DNA of 61,354 nucleotides from contig CAIUOX010000033.1 of the NCBI GenBank assembly GCA_903900935.1, forward strand, positions 1 through 61,354, in the 5' to 3' direction. Each line of letters opens with the position of its first letter. The first letter of the stretch is position 1. The DNA is from an uncultured bacterium. GTDB lineage: Bacteria > Patescibacteriota > Minisyncoccia > Phycocordibacterales > PALSA-1337. Shown one piece after another: positions 34,402 through 42,922 of this stretch. The notes below the pieces were generated by a model that did no database searches, was not told the origin of the DNA, and saw only the letters and a program-made list of their open reading frames with translations. The position numbers and the translations under genes are program-made.

Positions 34402-35436
34402 ATGGCAACCGCTTCTATTTCATTCAAACCAAAACAGACAGTAAAGCGTCTTTTGTCGTCTTTGCCTGATCGTGCACGAGAGGTACTGATATATCGTTAC
34501 GGTCTCGGTTCTGATACAAAGCGCATGACTCTTGATTCTATTGGCAAGAAGTATGGTATCACTCGTGAGCGCGTCCGTCAGATTGAGAATTATGGCATAG
34601 CCAATGTTCGCAAGTCTGAAGAATACAAACAAGAAAAAGCAGCATTTGCAGAGATTGAGGCTCTCCTCCATTCTCTTGGTGGTATTGTTGTAGAAGATGA
34701 TTTTCTCGGCCATGTCTCAAAAGACAAGAGTCTCCAAAACCATGTTCATTTTATTTTGGTCGTTGGTGAGCCATTTCGCAAACTCAAAGAAGATGATGAT
34801 TTCCGACATCGTTGGCATGTCAATGAAGAGCTCGCAAAACAAGTCGAAAGTGCACTTCGTAGGTTGTATTCCAATCTTGACAATCAACAGCTTCTTCCAG
34901 AATCAGAGATGGTTGCAAAATTCCTACAGCACCTTGAAGATGTCTCAGAGCGCTACAAAAATCAGGAAGTTGTAAAACGCTGGTTGGCGATCTCAAAATC
35001 TATTGGTAAGAATGCTCTTGGTGATTGGGGAGTTGCAGATTCTTCGAATATCAAGACAAAAGGTATGCGTGACTATGCATTTCTAGTTATACGCAAGCAT
35101 GGATCACCAATACATTTTCGTGATGTCGCAAAACAGATAACTCAACTCTTCAATAAGAAGGCTCATGTAGCTACGACACATAATGAGCTCATCAAAGATC
35201 CTCGATTCGTACTAGTTGGTCGTGGTCTCTATGCTCTCGCAGAATGGGGTTATGCCCCAGGGGTTGTGCGCGATGTTATCCGTTCAGTCATCTCAAAGAA
35301 TGGTACTCTGAGCAAAGATGAGATTATAGACAAGGTCATGAAGGAACGATATGTCAAAGAAAATACCATCGTTGTAAACCTCCAAAATCCAAAATATTTT
35401 AAAAAGGACAAAGAAGGAAAGTATACAATAGCCTAA
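34402..35436 (+). CDS. sigma-70 region-4-like HTH plus C-terminal HARE-HTH domain protein
   Basis: The N-terminal LPDRAREVLIYRYGL....TLDSIGKKYGITRERVRQIE matches sigma70_r4. The C-terminal MRDYAFLVIRKHGSPIHFRDVAKQI...DPRFVLVGRGLYALAEWGY matches the HARE-HTH pattern. Confidence 0.7.
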   Translation: MATASISFKPKQTVKRLLSSLPDRAREVLIYRYGLGSDTKRMTLDSIGKKYGITRERVRQIENYGIANVRKSEEYKQEKAAFAEIEALLHSLGGIVVEDDFLGHVSKDKSLQNHVHFILVVGEPFRKLKEDDDFRHRWHVNEELAKQVESALRRLYSNLDNQQLLPESEMVAKFLQHLEDVSERYKNQEVVKRWLAISKSIGKNALGDWGVADSSNIKTKGMRDYAFLVIRKHGSPIHFRDVAKQITQLFNKKAHVATTHNELIKDPRFVLVGRGLYALAEWGYAPGVVRDVIRSVISKNGTLSKDEIIDKVMKERYVKENTIVVNLQNPKYFKKDKEGKYTIA

Positions 35437-35458
35437 TACATCTTGATAGATTTATGTT

Positions 35459-35495
35459 AAAGCCCAGAAGCGAAAGCCCTGGGCTTTAACTTTTT
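35459..35495 (+). terminator. rho-independent terminator
   Basis: AAAGCCCAG-(11 nt)-CTGGGCTTT followed by AACTTTTT. Confidence 0.7.
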
Positions 35496-35505
35496 GAGTA
35501 TGAAC

Positions 35506-35514
35506 TGCTATAAT
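35506..35514 (+). promoter_or_regulatory. extended -10 (TGCTATAAT), 6 nt before the ATG at 35521
   Basis: TGnTATAAT at 35506-35514. This argues that the CDS starts at 35521, not 35494. Confidence 0.5.
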
Positions 35515-35520
35515 AATCAT

Positions 35521-36795
35521 ATGGATATTGAAATAGCATTTTTTTCTCTCTTTCCAGAACTGAAGGTATTGATTATGCCTGAAGTAGTACACTATGCGAT
35601 ATTTTTTGCGCCTATAGTTGTGGCGATTGTTCTTGGAGAGATATTTTGGCATGTCTGGGTTCAATATGTGCAAGCAAAAGAATTTTTGGGTCTCAAATAT
35701 ACAGTTCTAGAGCTCAAACTTCCGAAGGATACTTTCAAGTCTCCTTTGTCTATGGAATTATTTTTGACCTCTCTTCATAACATATCTGGAGAAAACTGGT
35801 ATTCAATGTATTGGAAAGGTGAGACAAGACCATGGTATTCCCTTGAGCTTATTTCTGTTGAAGGTCAAGTTAAGTTTTTTATCTGGACAGAAGATCGTCG
35901 CAAAGCTGGGATTATATCTGCTCTTTATTCTCAGTACCCAGAATTAGAAATAATTGAACGTGAAGATTATACAAAAGGCATGCATTTTGACTCCAAGACA
36001 ATGAGGCTTTGGTGTGCAGAATTTGTATTTACAAAAGCCGATCCATATCCAATCAAGACATATGTAGACTATGGTCTCGACAAAGACCCCAAAGAAGAGT
36101 TCAAAATAGATCCGATGACACCGATGATTGAATTCTTGGGAAGTGTGCCACCAAATCAGCAGGTTTGGATACAATTTATTATTCGAGGTCATAAGAAAGA
36201 ACAGCGCAAACCTGGTCATATATTCAAGAAAACTGATCTATGGAAAGATCAGGCAGAGGCAGAGATCAACAAAATATTATTACGTGACAAAAAGACCAAA
36301 GTTGCAGGTGAGGTCAATCCTGATACTGGTTATTCAAAATTACCTACGATTACAAAAGGCGAGCAAGAGATTGTTGCTGCACTCGAGCGAAGTATATCCA
36401 AGACTCCATTTGATGTTGGTATACGAGCAATATATGTTGCGCCAAAAGAAACATTTGATACACCATTTGGTATTGGAGGAACAATTTCTTCTTTTTCACA
36501 TTATCGCTATGAGCATCTAAATGGTTTTAAACCAAATGGGGAAAAATGGCATGTTCAGTTGACATATCCATGGCAGGATTACAACAATATACGCCGTAAT
36601 CGTTTGTCTAAACGAGGACTCGCTGCCTACAAGCGTCGTTCATATTTTTATGCACCATACAAATCAAAGCCTCTTGTGCTCAATGTAGAAGAGTTGGCTA
36701 CGATATATCATTTTCCAGGTTCTGTATCAGCGACACCAAATCTTAGTCGTATTCCTTCCAAGAAGTCTGGTGCACCAAGTAATCTTCCAACATAG
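35521..36795 (+). CDS. conserved-looking hypothetical protein with an N-terminal TM anchor (424 aa)
   Basis: TM segment VVHYAIFFAPIVVAIVLGEIFW, then YTVLELKLPKD and a C-terminal EELATIYHFPGS. No enzymatic motif recognised. Confidence 0.6.
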   Translation: MDIEIAFFSLFPELKVLIMPEVVHYAIFFAPIVVAIVLGEIFWHVWVQYVQAKEFLGLKYTVLELKLPKDTFKSPLSMELFLTSLHNISGENWYSMYWKGETRPWYSLELISVEGQVKFFIWTEDRRKAGIISALYSQYPELEIIEREDYTKGMHFDSKTMRLWCAEFVFTKADPYPIKTYVDYGLDKDPKEEFKIDPMTPMIEFLGSVPPNQQVWIQFIIRGHKKEQRKPGHIFKKTDLWKDQAEAEINKILLRDKKTKVAGEVNPDTGYSKLPTITKGEQEIVAALERSISKTPFDVGIRAIYVAPKETFDTPFGIGGTISSFSHYRYEHLNGFKPNGEKWHVQLTYPWQDYNNIRRNRLSKRGLAAYKRRSYFYAPYKSKPLVLNVEELATIYHFPGSVSATPNLSRIPSKKSGAPSNLPT

Positions 36796-36806
36796 AATAT
36801 ATAGCA

Positions 36807-37787
36807 ATGACCTTCAATCAGGATATACGTACTATATTGTGGAATAACAGAGTCGTACTAGGTGCTCTTTTATTTTTTGTAATAATATCATGTGGCATGA
36901 TTATTATTGGATCTAGCGCTCCTTCAAATATGCCTATTGGGACCATTGTTCATATCAAAAAAGACATGGGATTATCACAAACAGCAGATATATTGGAGAA
37001 ACAACATATTATTCGCTCAGTATTCTTGTATAAAGTCTACAGTATACTTTTGGGTGGGTATAGGAATATAAAAGCAGGTGATTATTTATTCAGTCAACAA
37101 CAGTCAGCCATAAAAGTTGCATCACGTATCATATCTGGTTCGCAAGAATTACCAAAAATAAAGATAACAATTCCTGAAGGAAAGAATGTGCATGAAATAG
37201 CATGGCTTCTACTAAAGATTATTCCAGATTTTAATGCACCAGCATTCGTTGCTTTGGCACAACCACTTGAAGGGTATCTTTTTCCTGAGACATATTTCTT
37301 CTATCCAAACGTTCAGGCCGATGAAGTTGTAACAACAATGCGTAGAGAATTTGGCAAAAAGATGGAGACAATCCAGAATGAACTCATACATTTTGGATTT
37401 ACTCTTCAAGATATTATAACCATGGCTTCTATTGTAGAAAAAGAAGCTACATCAACCATTGATAGAAAGATCATAGCTGGTGTACTTTGGAATCGTTTTC
37501 AAAATAAAGCCGCACTTCAAGTTGATCCACCATTTTTCTATATTTTAGGAAAAGATTCTTCGGAATTGACTCTTGATGATTTGGCTATTGATTCTCCATA
37601 TAATTTGTACAAACATATTGGATTGCCACCGACTCCGATCGATAGTCCAAGTCTAGATGCTATACTTGCGACAATAAGACCAACTAAGACAAATTATTGG
37701 TTCTATTTATCTGGATATGATGGACTTATGCACTATGCAGTCACATATGATGGGCATTTGGCGAATAAAGCAAAATATATAAAATAG
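36807..37787 (+). CDS. mltG: endolytic murein transglycosylase MltG (YceG-like)
   Basis: N-terminal TM, then PEGYLFPETY, ASIVEKE and SPYNLYKH.GLPPTPI motifs. Confidence 0.9.
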   Translation: MTFNQDIRTILWNNRVVLGALLFFVIISCGMIIIGSSAPSNMPIGTIVHIKKDMGLSQTADILEKQHIIRSVFLYKVYSILLGGYRNIKAGDYLFSQQQSAIKVASRIISGSQELPKIKITIPEGKNVHEIAWLLLKIIPDFNAPAFVALAQPLEGYLFPETYFFYPNVQADEVVTTMRREFGKKMETIQNELIHFGFTLQDIITMASIVEKEATSTIDRKIIAGVLWNRFQNKAALQVDPPFFYILGKDSSELTLDDLAIDSPYNLYKHIGLPPTPIDSPSLDAILATIRPTKTNYWFYLSGYDGLMHYAVTYDGHLANKAKYIK

Positions 37788-37853
37788 AGCTATTAGGTAT
37801 TAGGATATAAAAAAACCGAAGAATAATCTTCGGCAGTGTGATGCGCACGATTG

Positions 37854-38267
37854 TCAGACTAGATTTTCGGCTTTCGCTTTTGCTTTTTTGATAGCGACAA
37901 CTTCAGCCATTTCCATCTCTATGATTGCTATCAATTCGCCAAGATCAACAGGTTTGTGAAGAACATGATTTGCACCATATTCGAGCCCCAGAGCACGGGC
38001 GTCCTCAAATATCTTTCCAGTAACCATGATGATTGGGATTGATGTGTCCAATTTCCGAATTTCTTGAATAAACTTGTATCCAGCATTTGAATCAAGGTGC
38101 ATTTCGAGGTCGGTTACGATGAAATCAAATTGACCATCCTTGAACGCTTTGAGTGCGCAAGTAGGGTTGTTGATTGATTCACTTTCTATCCCCTTCATTT
38201 TGAAGAACATGACGAACAAATCCCTGATCTCGTCGTGATCATCTACAACTAATGCTTTTATATTCAT
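37854..38267 (-). CDS. single-domain response regulator (CheY-like receiver)
   Basis: VVDDHD, FIVTDLEM (phospho-Asp), IIMVTG and HKP motifs. Confidence 0.85.
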   Translation of the reverse strand: MNIKALVVDDHDEIRDLFVMFFKMKGIESESINNPTCALKAFKDGQFDFIVTDLEMHLDSNAGYKFIQEIRKLDTSIPIIMVTGKIFEDARALGLEYGANHVLHKPVDLGELIAIIEMEMAEVVAIKKAKAKAENLV

Positions 38268-38307
38268 ATATTTCCCTTAAACCATAAAATATGATATCCT
38301 ACTTATT

Positions 38308-39507
38308 ATGAAAAGTCAAGGTATACAAAATAAGAATAGAAAAGTATTCATAGGCATGTCAGGCGGAGTTGATAGTTCTGTTTCGGCTGCATTACTCAAA
38401 GATGCTGGATATGATATCACTGGTGTATTCATAAAAGTGTGGCAACCAGATTGGATAGAATGTACGTGGAAAGACGAGCGTCGAGAAGCTATGCGTGTTG
38501 CTGCTCATCTTGATATATCATTTGTTACGCTCAATCTTGTAAAGGAATATAAAATAGAAGTCATTGATTATATGATTTCTGAATATCGTGCTGGAAGAAC
38601 ACCAAATCCCGATGTGATGTGTAATCGTGAAGTGAAATTCGGTGCATTTTGGCATTGGGCAGAAAAACAAGGTGCTGATTTTATTGCTACAGGACACTAT
38701 GCGCGTGTGGTTAATAAACAAGCACCAGATGTATTCAACGAAGGACACTTCGCAAGCCGTAACGACGGCGAGAATAGCGCGCGCTCAGCAGAGCGCGACG
38801 CGCGTCCTGAGGCGAATACATCTGGTGCTTGTTTTAACTTATTTGCTGGCATAGACAGAAATAAAGATCAGTCTTATTTTCTTTGGACTCTCAATCGGGC
38901 TGATTTGAAACACATCCTTTTTCCAGTCGGAGATTTGGTCAAACCAGAGGTGCGAAGACTTGCAAAGAAATTTAAGCTTCCAAATGCTGAGAAAAAAGAT
39001 AGTCAAGGACTATGTTTTATTGGCAAAGTTGATATAAAAGAATTTTTGTCACGATACATTGATACAAAGCCAGGATATGTATTGAATGAAAAAGGAGAGA
39101 TTATCGGCAATCATCAAGGGTCATTATTACTTACGATAGGTGAGCGTCATGGTTTCACTATCACCAAAAAGACACCCAATGATGCGCCTTATTACGTTAT
39201 TAGCAAAGATATAAAGAAAAATACAGTGACTGTAGCAAATCACAAAACTTCTATGAATGTTAAACAAAACTTGAAACAACAGATTAGTATTCAGAAAGTA
39301 AATTGGGTTGGTGCTATTCCTAAGCAAGGAGTCAAGCTTCAGGCCAGAATTAGATATCGCCAAGAATTGCAGAATATCAAGATAATAAAAGTTGATGCAG
39401 ACTCTTCTACTATTGAGTTTCAGACGTATCAAGAAACTATTACATCAGGGCAATCATTGGTTGTGTACAAAGGAGAAAACTGTCTTGGTGGAGGAATTAT
39501 TTCTTAG
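38308..39507 (+). CDS. mnmA: tRNA 2-thiouridine(34) synthase MnmA with a GC-rich internal insertion
   Basis: PP-loop GMSGGVDSS, NPDV.CN, ATGHYAR, KDQSYFL and DSQGLCFIG. About 30-35 extra residues lie between ATGHYAR and KDQSYFL. Confidence 0.9.
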   Translation: MKSQGIQNKNRKVFIGMSGGVDSSVSAALLKDAGYDITGVFIKVWQPDWIECTWKDERREAMRVAAHLDISFVTLNLVKEYKIEVIDYMISEYRAGRTPNPDVMCNREVKFGAFWHWAEKQGADFIATGHYARVVNKQAPDVFNEGHFASRNDGENSARSAERDARPEANTSGACFNLFAGIDRNKDQSYFLWTLNRADLKHILFPVGDLVKPEVRRLAKKFKLPNAEKKDSQGLCFIGKVDIKEFLSRYIDTKPGYVLNEKGEIIGNHQGSLLLTIGERHGFTITKKTPNDAPYYVISKDIKKNTVTVANHKTSMNVKQNLKQQISIQKVNWVGAIPKQGVKLQARIRYRQELQNIKIIKVDADSSTIEFQTYQETITSGQSLVVYKGENCLGGGIIS

Positions 39508-39550
39508 AAATATTTATCTACAGATACAAAAAGTCATCATCATGACAACA

Positions 39551-39559
39551 TGATATACT
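39551..39559 (+). promoter_or_regulatory. extended -10 (TGATATACT), 6 nt before the ATG at 39566
   Basis: TGnTATACT at 39551-39559. Confidence 0.45.
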
Positions 39560-39565
39560 TTTGTC

Positions 39566-40423
39566 ATGAATCATCTCATCACAATTACGAAGTCAGATGG
39601 CACAAAAGAATTATTTGAAGAAGAAAAATTAATTAGCTCTCTTAGGCGCGTAGGAGCAAATTCAGATGCTATTGAGCATATTGTTGATGAAGTAGAAAAG
39701 AGCATGCACGAAGGCATGACTACCACTGATATATATCGATTGGCTTTCGTACTCTTGCGTACGCACGCTACACATGTAGCCGTTCGTTATTCAGTCCGTC
39801 GTGCACTTGCAGAGCTAGGACCTGACGGTTTTCCATTTGAAAAATTTGTAGCACGTATATTTGAGGTATGGGGATACGAGGCTATCACTGATCAGCAAGT
39901 TATGGGTTCATGCATTGAACATGAAGTAGATGTTATTGCATGGAAAGGTGATACACTCGCTATGGTTGAGGCAAAATTCCACAATGAATTGATTTTGAAA
40001 TCTGACATTAAAGTAGCTCTGTATATCAAGGCTCGTTTTGATGATATTGCAGTAAATAAATTCAATTATGGAGGTGTGACACGGTCTCTGACTGAACGTT
40101 GGCTGTTCACCAATACTAAATTCACTGAACAGGCTATCAAATATGGCATCTGTAATAATCTCAAGATGATTGGCTGGAATCATCCTCAGCACGACAATCT
40201 CCATGAGATCATTGAAAAGAATAAACTATTTCCAATAACGTGTATTACGGGTCTTACACACAATCAAAAACGCGACCTTGTTGGTCGTGGCATCATTCTT
40301 TGTTCAGATGCAATCGCTCACCCTGATGTTCTCAGATCGATTGGCTTGAATGATATTGCATTACAAACAGCATTGGCAGAAGCACATACTGTTCTAAGTG
40401 GCATCAATATGAAGATTGAATAA
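39566..40423 (+). CDS. ATP-cone domain fused to an Mrr-like (PD-(D/E)xK) restriction-endonuclease domain
   Basis: The N-terminal ITKSDGTKELFEEEKL..SL fits the ATP-cone pattern. The nuclease core is GFPFEKFVARIF...EVDVIA...MVEAKF (D...E-x-K). Confidence 0.65.
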   Translation: MNHLITITKSDGTKELFEEEKLISSLRRVGANSDAIEHIVDEVEKSMHEGMTTTDIYRLAFVLLRTHATHVAVRYSVRRALAELGPDGFPFEKFVARIFEVWGYEAITDQQVMGSCIEHEVDVIAWKGDTLAMVEAKFHNELILKSDIKVALYIKARFDDIAVNKFNYGGVTRSLTERWLFTNTKFTEQAIKYGICNNLKMIGWNHPQHDNLHEIIEKNKLFPITCITGLTHNQKRDLVGRGIILCSDAIAHPDVLRSIGLNDIALQTALAEAHTVLSGINMKIE

Positions 40424-40440
40424 GAATTAATTGAAAATTT

Positions 40441-42255
40441 ATGTCTAAATATGCTTCTGCAAAAGAGTTACTTGATTATTTGAATATTACTCACACAAAA
40501 CTTCATAAAACATATGAAGATTATTTTTGGATTTCATACATGGGAGATCATAGTGTTGATAAAAAAATGAATGAGGCCCAATCAGCTCGTGATGCGTTTA
40601 GATCAAATGCCAAATTAAAATCTGAAGTTGAGTATTTTCTCAAAATATCAAAAGGTGTAATCAAGAAGCGTCTGGAGATATGGAATCATTGTTTTGGTTT
40701 GTATCAAATGCCAAAAGAAGCTTCTACAATAAAGGCAAAAGTAATAGCTCTTGAATCAAAAATAGCGAATATACGAACCAATAGAAAAGAAGGATATATT
40801 GATCCAACATCCGGTGTATTTATTGATACTTCTGAAAATAAAATGCGTACGATGATGAGAACGCATCCAGAAGAAAAAATAAGAAAAGCCTGTTTTGATG
40901 CTATAGAGAAATTACCACTCGCATATATTGATACCTATGTTGAAATTATACGTGGCAGAAACGAATTTGCACGAGCATTGGGATATAGTGATTTTTATGA
41001 ATACAAAGCTCGTATAGACGAAGATATGTCAAAAAAAGAATTGTTCTCTATTTTTGATAAAATATATGAAAAGACGAAATATGGTTTTAAAAATATCCGT
41101 GTATTGGAAAAAGATAAGCCTGGATTGCGCAAACCATGGAATTTTGTCTATATGCTGACTGGCGACTTGATCAAAGAGGAAGATGCGTACTTCCAATTTG
41201 AGAATGTACTCTCATATTGGGGCAGGTCATTCGTGGCGCTTGGTATTCATTTCAATGGTGGTAAGGTAATGCTAGATCTTCTTGATAGGAAAGGTAAGCA
41301 CAATAATGGTTTTTGTCATTATCCGGATCTCGTTCATTACAAGAAGGGAAAGCGTATAGCTGGTTCAAGCAATTTTGCATCGAATGCAGTACTTGGGCAA
41401 ATGGGGTCTGGAGTTCAAGGTATTTATACTGTATTCCATGAAGGTGGCCATGCTGCAGATCGTTTGAATTCATTACAGCAAGAAACTTGTGCAAATACAG
41501 AATATCCACCTTCGTCAGTATCATGGGCCGAGACACACAGTATGTTTATGGAGACTATATCAAGCAGTATTGAATGGCGTATACGTTATGCAAAAGACAA
41601 AGACGGCAATGCATATCCATTTGAATTGTTCAGAAAAAATATAGACAGAGTATTTCCACTTCGACCACTAGACATGATGCATATATCATTTGTTGTTTTT
41701 TTTGAAAAAGAGATATATGAATGCAAAAATCTTACTCGAGAAAAAGTTATTGATATAGCAAAGAAATCATATAAGAAATATTTTGATCGATCTGGAGATT
41801 CCATATTGGCATTGAATGTATCACACATTTATTCATGGGAAAGTTCGGCTTATTATCATGGATATGGTTTGGCAGAACTTGGTGTATGCCAGTGGCGTGA
41901 ATATTTTTTCAAGAAATATGGATATATAGTAGACAATCCAAAAGTTGGCAAGGAGATTATCAATATATGGTCATATGCATCGATCTATACTGCAAAAAAG
42001 CTTATCGCAATGGCAACTGGGAAAAAATTGAGTCCAAATTCATTTATACGCGATATAACAAAATCTAAAATAAAGATTATTGAGGATGCAAAACAGCGAG
42101 TTTCTCGTCTTGAAGAAGTTCCTCACTATACAAAACCAGTTAATTTAAAGGGTAAAATAACGATGGTTCATGGCAAAAAGAAAATTGCTGACAATAGCAA
42201 ATCATTTGAGGAGATGGACAAGAAGTATCGTTTGTGGCTAAAAACAGTAAAATAA
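40441..42255 (+). CDS. M3-family zinc metallopeptidase (oligoendopeptidase F-like)
   Basis: HExxH motif [11 protein letters not shown] with a downstream Glu-rich region; size typical of PepF-like enzymes. Confidence 0.7.
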   Translation: MSKYASAKELLDYLNITHTKLHKTYEDYFWISYMGDHSVDKKMNEAQSARDAFRSNAKLKSEVEYFLKISKGVIKKRLEIWNHCFGLYQMPKEASTIKAKVIALESKIANIRTNRKEGYIDPTSGVFIDTSENKMRTMMRTHPEEKIRKACFDAIEKLPLAYIDTYVEIIRGRNEFARALGYSDFYEYKARIDEDMSKKELFSIFDKIYEKTKYGFKNIRVLEKDKPGLRKPWNFVYMLTGDLIKEEDAYFQFENVLSYWGRSFVALGIHFNGGKVMLDLLDRKGKHNNGFCHYPDLVHYKKGKRIAGSSNFASNAVLGQMGSGVQGIYTVFHEGGHAADRLNSLQQETCANTEYPPSSVSWAETHSMFMETISSSIEWRIRYAKDKDGNAYPFELFRKNIDRVFPLRPLDMMHISFVVFFEKEIYECKNLTREKVIDIAKKSYKKYFDRSGDSILALNVSHIYSWESSAYYHGYGLAELGVCQWREYFFKKYGYIVDNPKVGKEIINIWSYASIYTAKKLIAMATGKKLSPNSFIRDITKSKIKIIEDAKQRVSRLEEVPHYTKPVNLKGKITMVHGKKKIADNSKSFEEMDKKYRLWLKTVK

Positions 42256-42278
42256 AAAATCGGCAAGTTGTCTCGCCG
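42254..42278 (-). terminator. minus-strand terminator for ORF 42302..42850
   Basis: On the minus strand: CGGCGAG-ACAA-CUUGCCG (one G-U pair), then AUUUUUUAUUUU. Confidence 0.55.
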
Positions 42279-42301
42279 ACTGCATTCGCTAAATTGTATG
42301 C

Positions 42302-42850
42302 CTAATCTTTGGCCCAATTACTGTCAAAATGAGGATGACTTTTCCGCGTTTTTAGCCAGATTTGGCAAATAATACTCCGAAGTCGCTTGTCACTTATCAT
42401 GTCTGCTGATGCAACGATAGGAAAGACTCCATTGTTGCCTCTTTTGTGGCGATATTTTATAACGCCCCTATAACTCGACTTTGTGTCAATGGCGACCTCA
42501 TAGGTGTGATCTTGCCCGTAGTTGCTAAAAAGTGTGAGCACAAAATCGTAACCACCGAATCGATCTTCCATTTTGCTCGCTTTACGAATACCTTTTATCC
42601 AAAAATTTTTTCTTATGCCAATAAGTTTTCTGATGAATTGTTCAAACCGTTGCTCGGTCTGCCAGCCTCTGTCAGGCTCAAATTCATGTGTACCAGTCGG
42701 TATGACACGTGTACCTGTCACTCTGATTGGCCCGTATTCGTTGGTTTCTCCGTTTTGGTTTCTCCGTTTTTTTATGGGTTGGAGTATACGACCACCTCGG
42801 TACTTATACTCATCCACTCTTGTTTTCAAACTCATAACTTTCTCTTTCAA
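42302..42850 (-). CDS. hypothetical protein (182 aa), possible PD-(D/E)xK-like core; contains a 14-nt tandem duplication
   Basis: GGYDFVLTL...YEVAIDTKSS resembles D...(D/E)-x-K. GGTTTCTCCGTTTT is repeated twice at 42743-42770 (plus-strand coordinates). Confidence 0.4.
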   Translation of the reverse strand: MKEKVMSLKTRVDEYKYRGGRILQPIKKRRNQNGETNEYGPIRVTGTRVIPTGTHEFEPDRGWQTEQRFEQFIRKLIGIRKNFWIKGIRKASKMEDRFGGYDFVLTLFSNYGQDHTYEVAIDTKSSYRGVIKYRHKRGNNGVFPIVASADMISDKRLRSIICQIWLKTRKSHPHFDSNWAKD

Positions 42851-42906
42851 AAATAGATTACACCATTAGTTATTAGTTGTCAATATCCTATAAAATGGCT
42901 CTCTTA

Positions 42907-42915
42907 TGATAGACT
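42907..42915 (+). promoter_or_regulatory. extended -10-like (TGATAGACT), 7 nt before the alaS ATG
   Basis: TGnTAGACT at 42907-42915; ATG at 42923. Confidence 0.4.
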
Positions 42916-42922
42916 TTCATTC

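Noticed and set aside
42851-42922. Looked for T-box or other riboswitch leaders upstream of alaS, leuS and trpS, and ribosomal-protein leader structures.
   Set aside because: The upstream regions are too short, with -10 boxes only 6-8 nt from the ATG, to hold a T-box or comparable leader.
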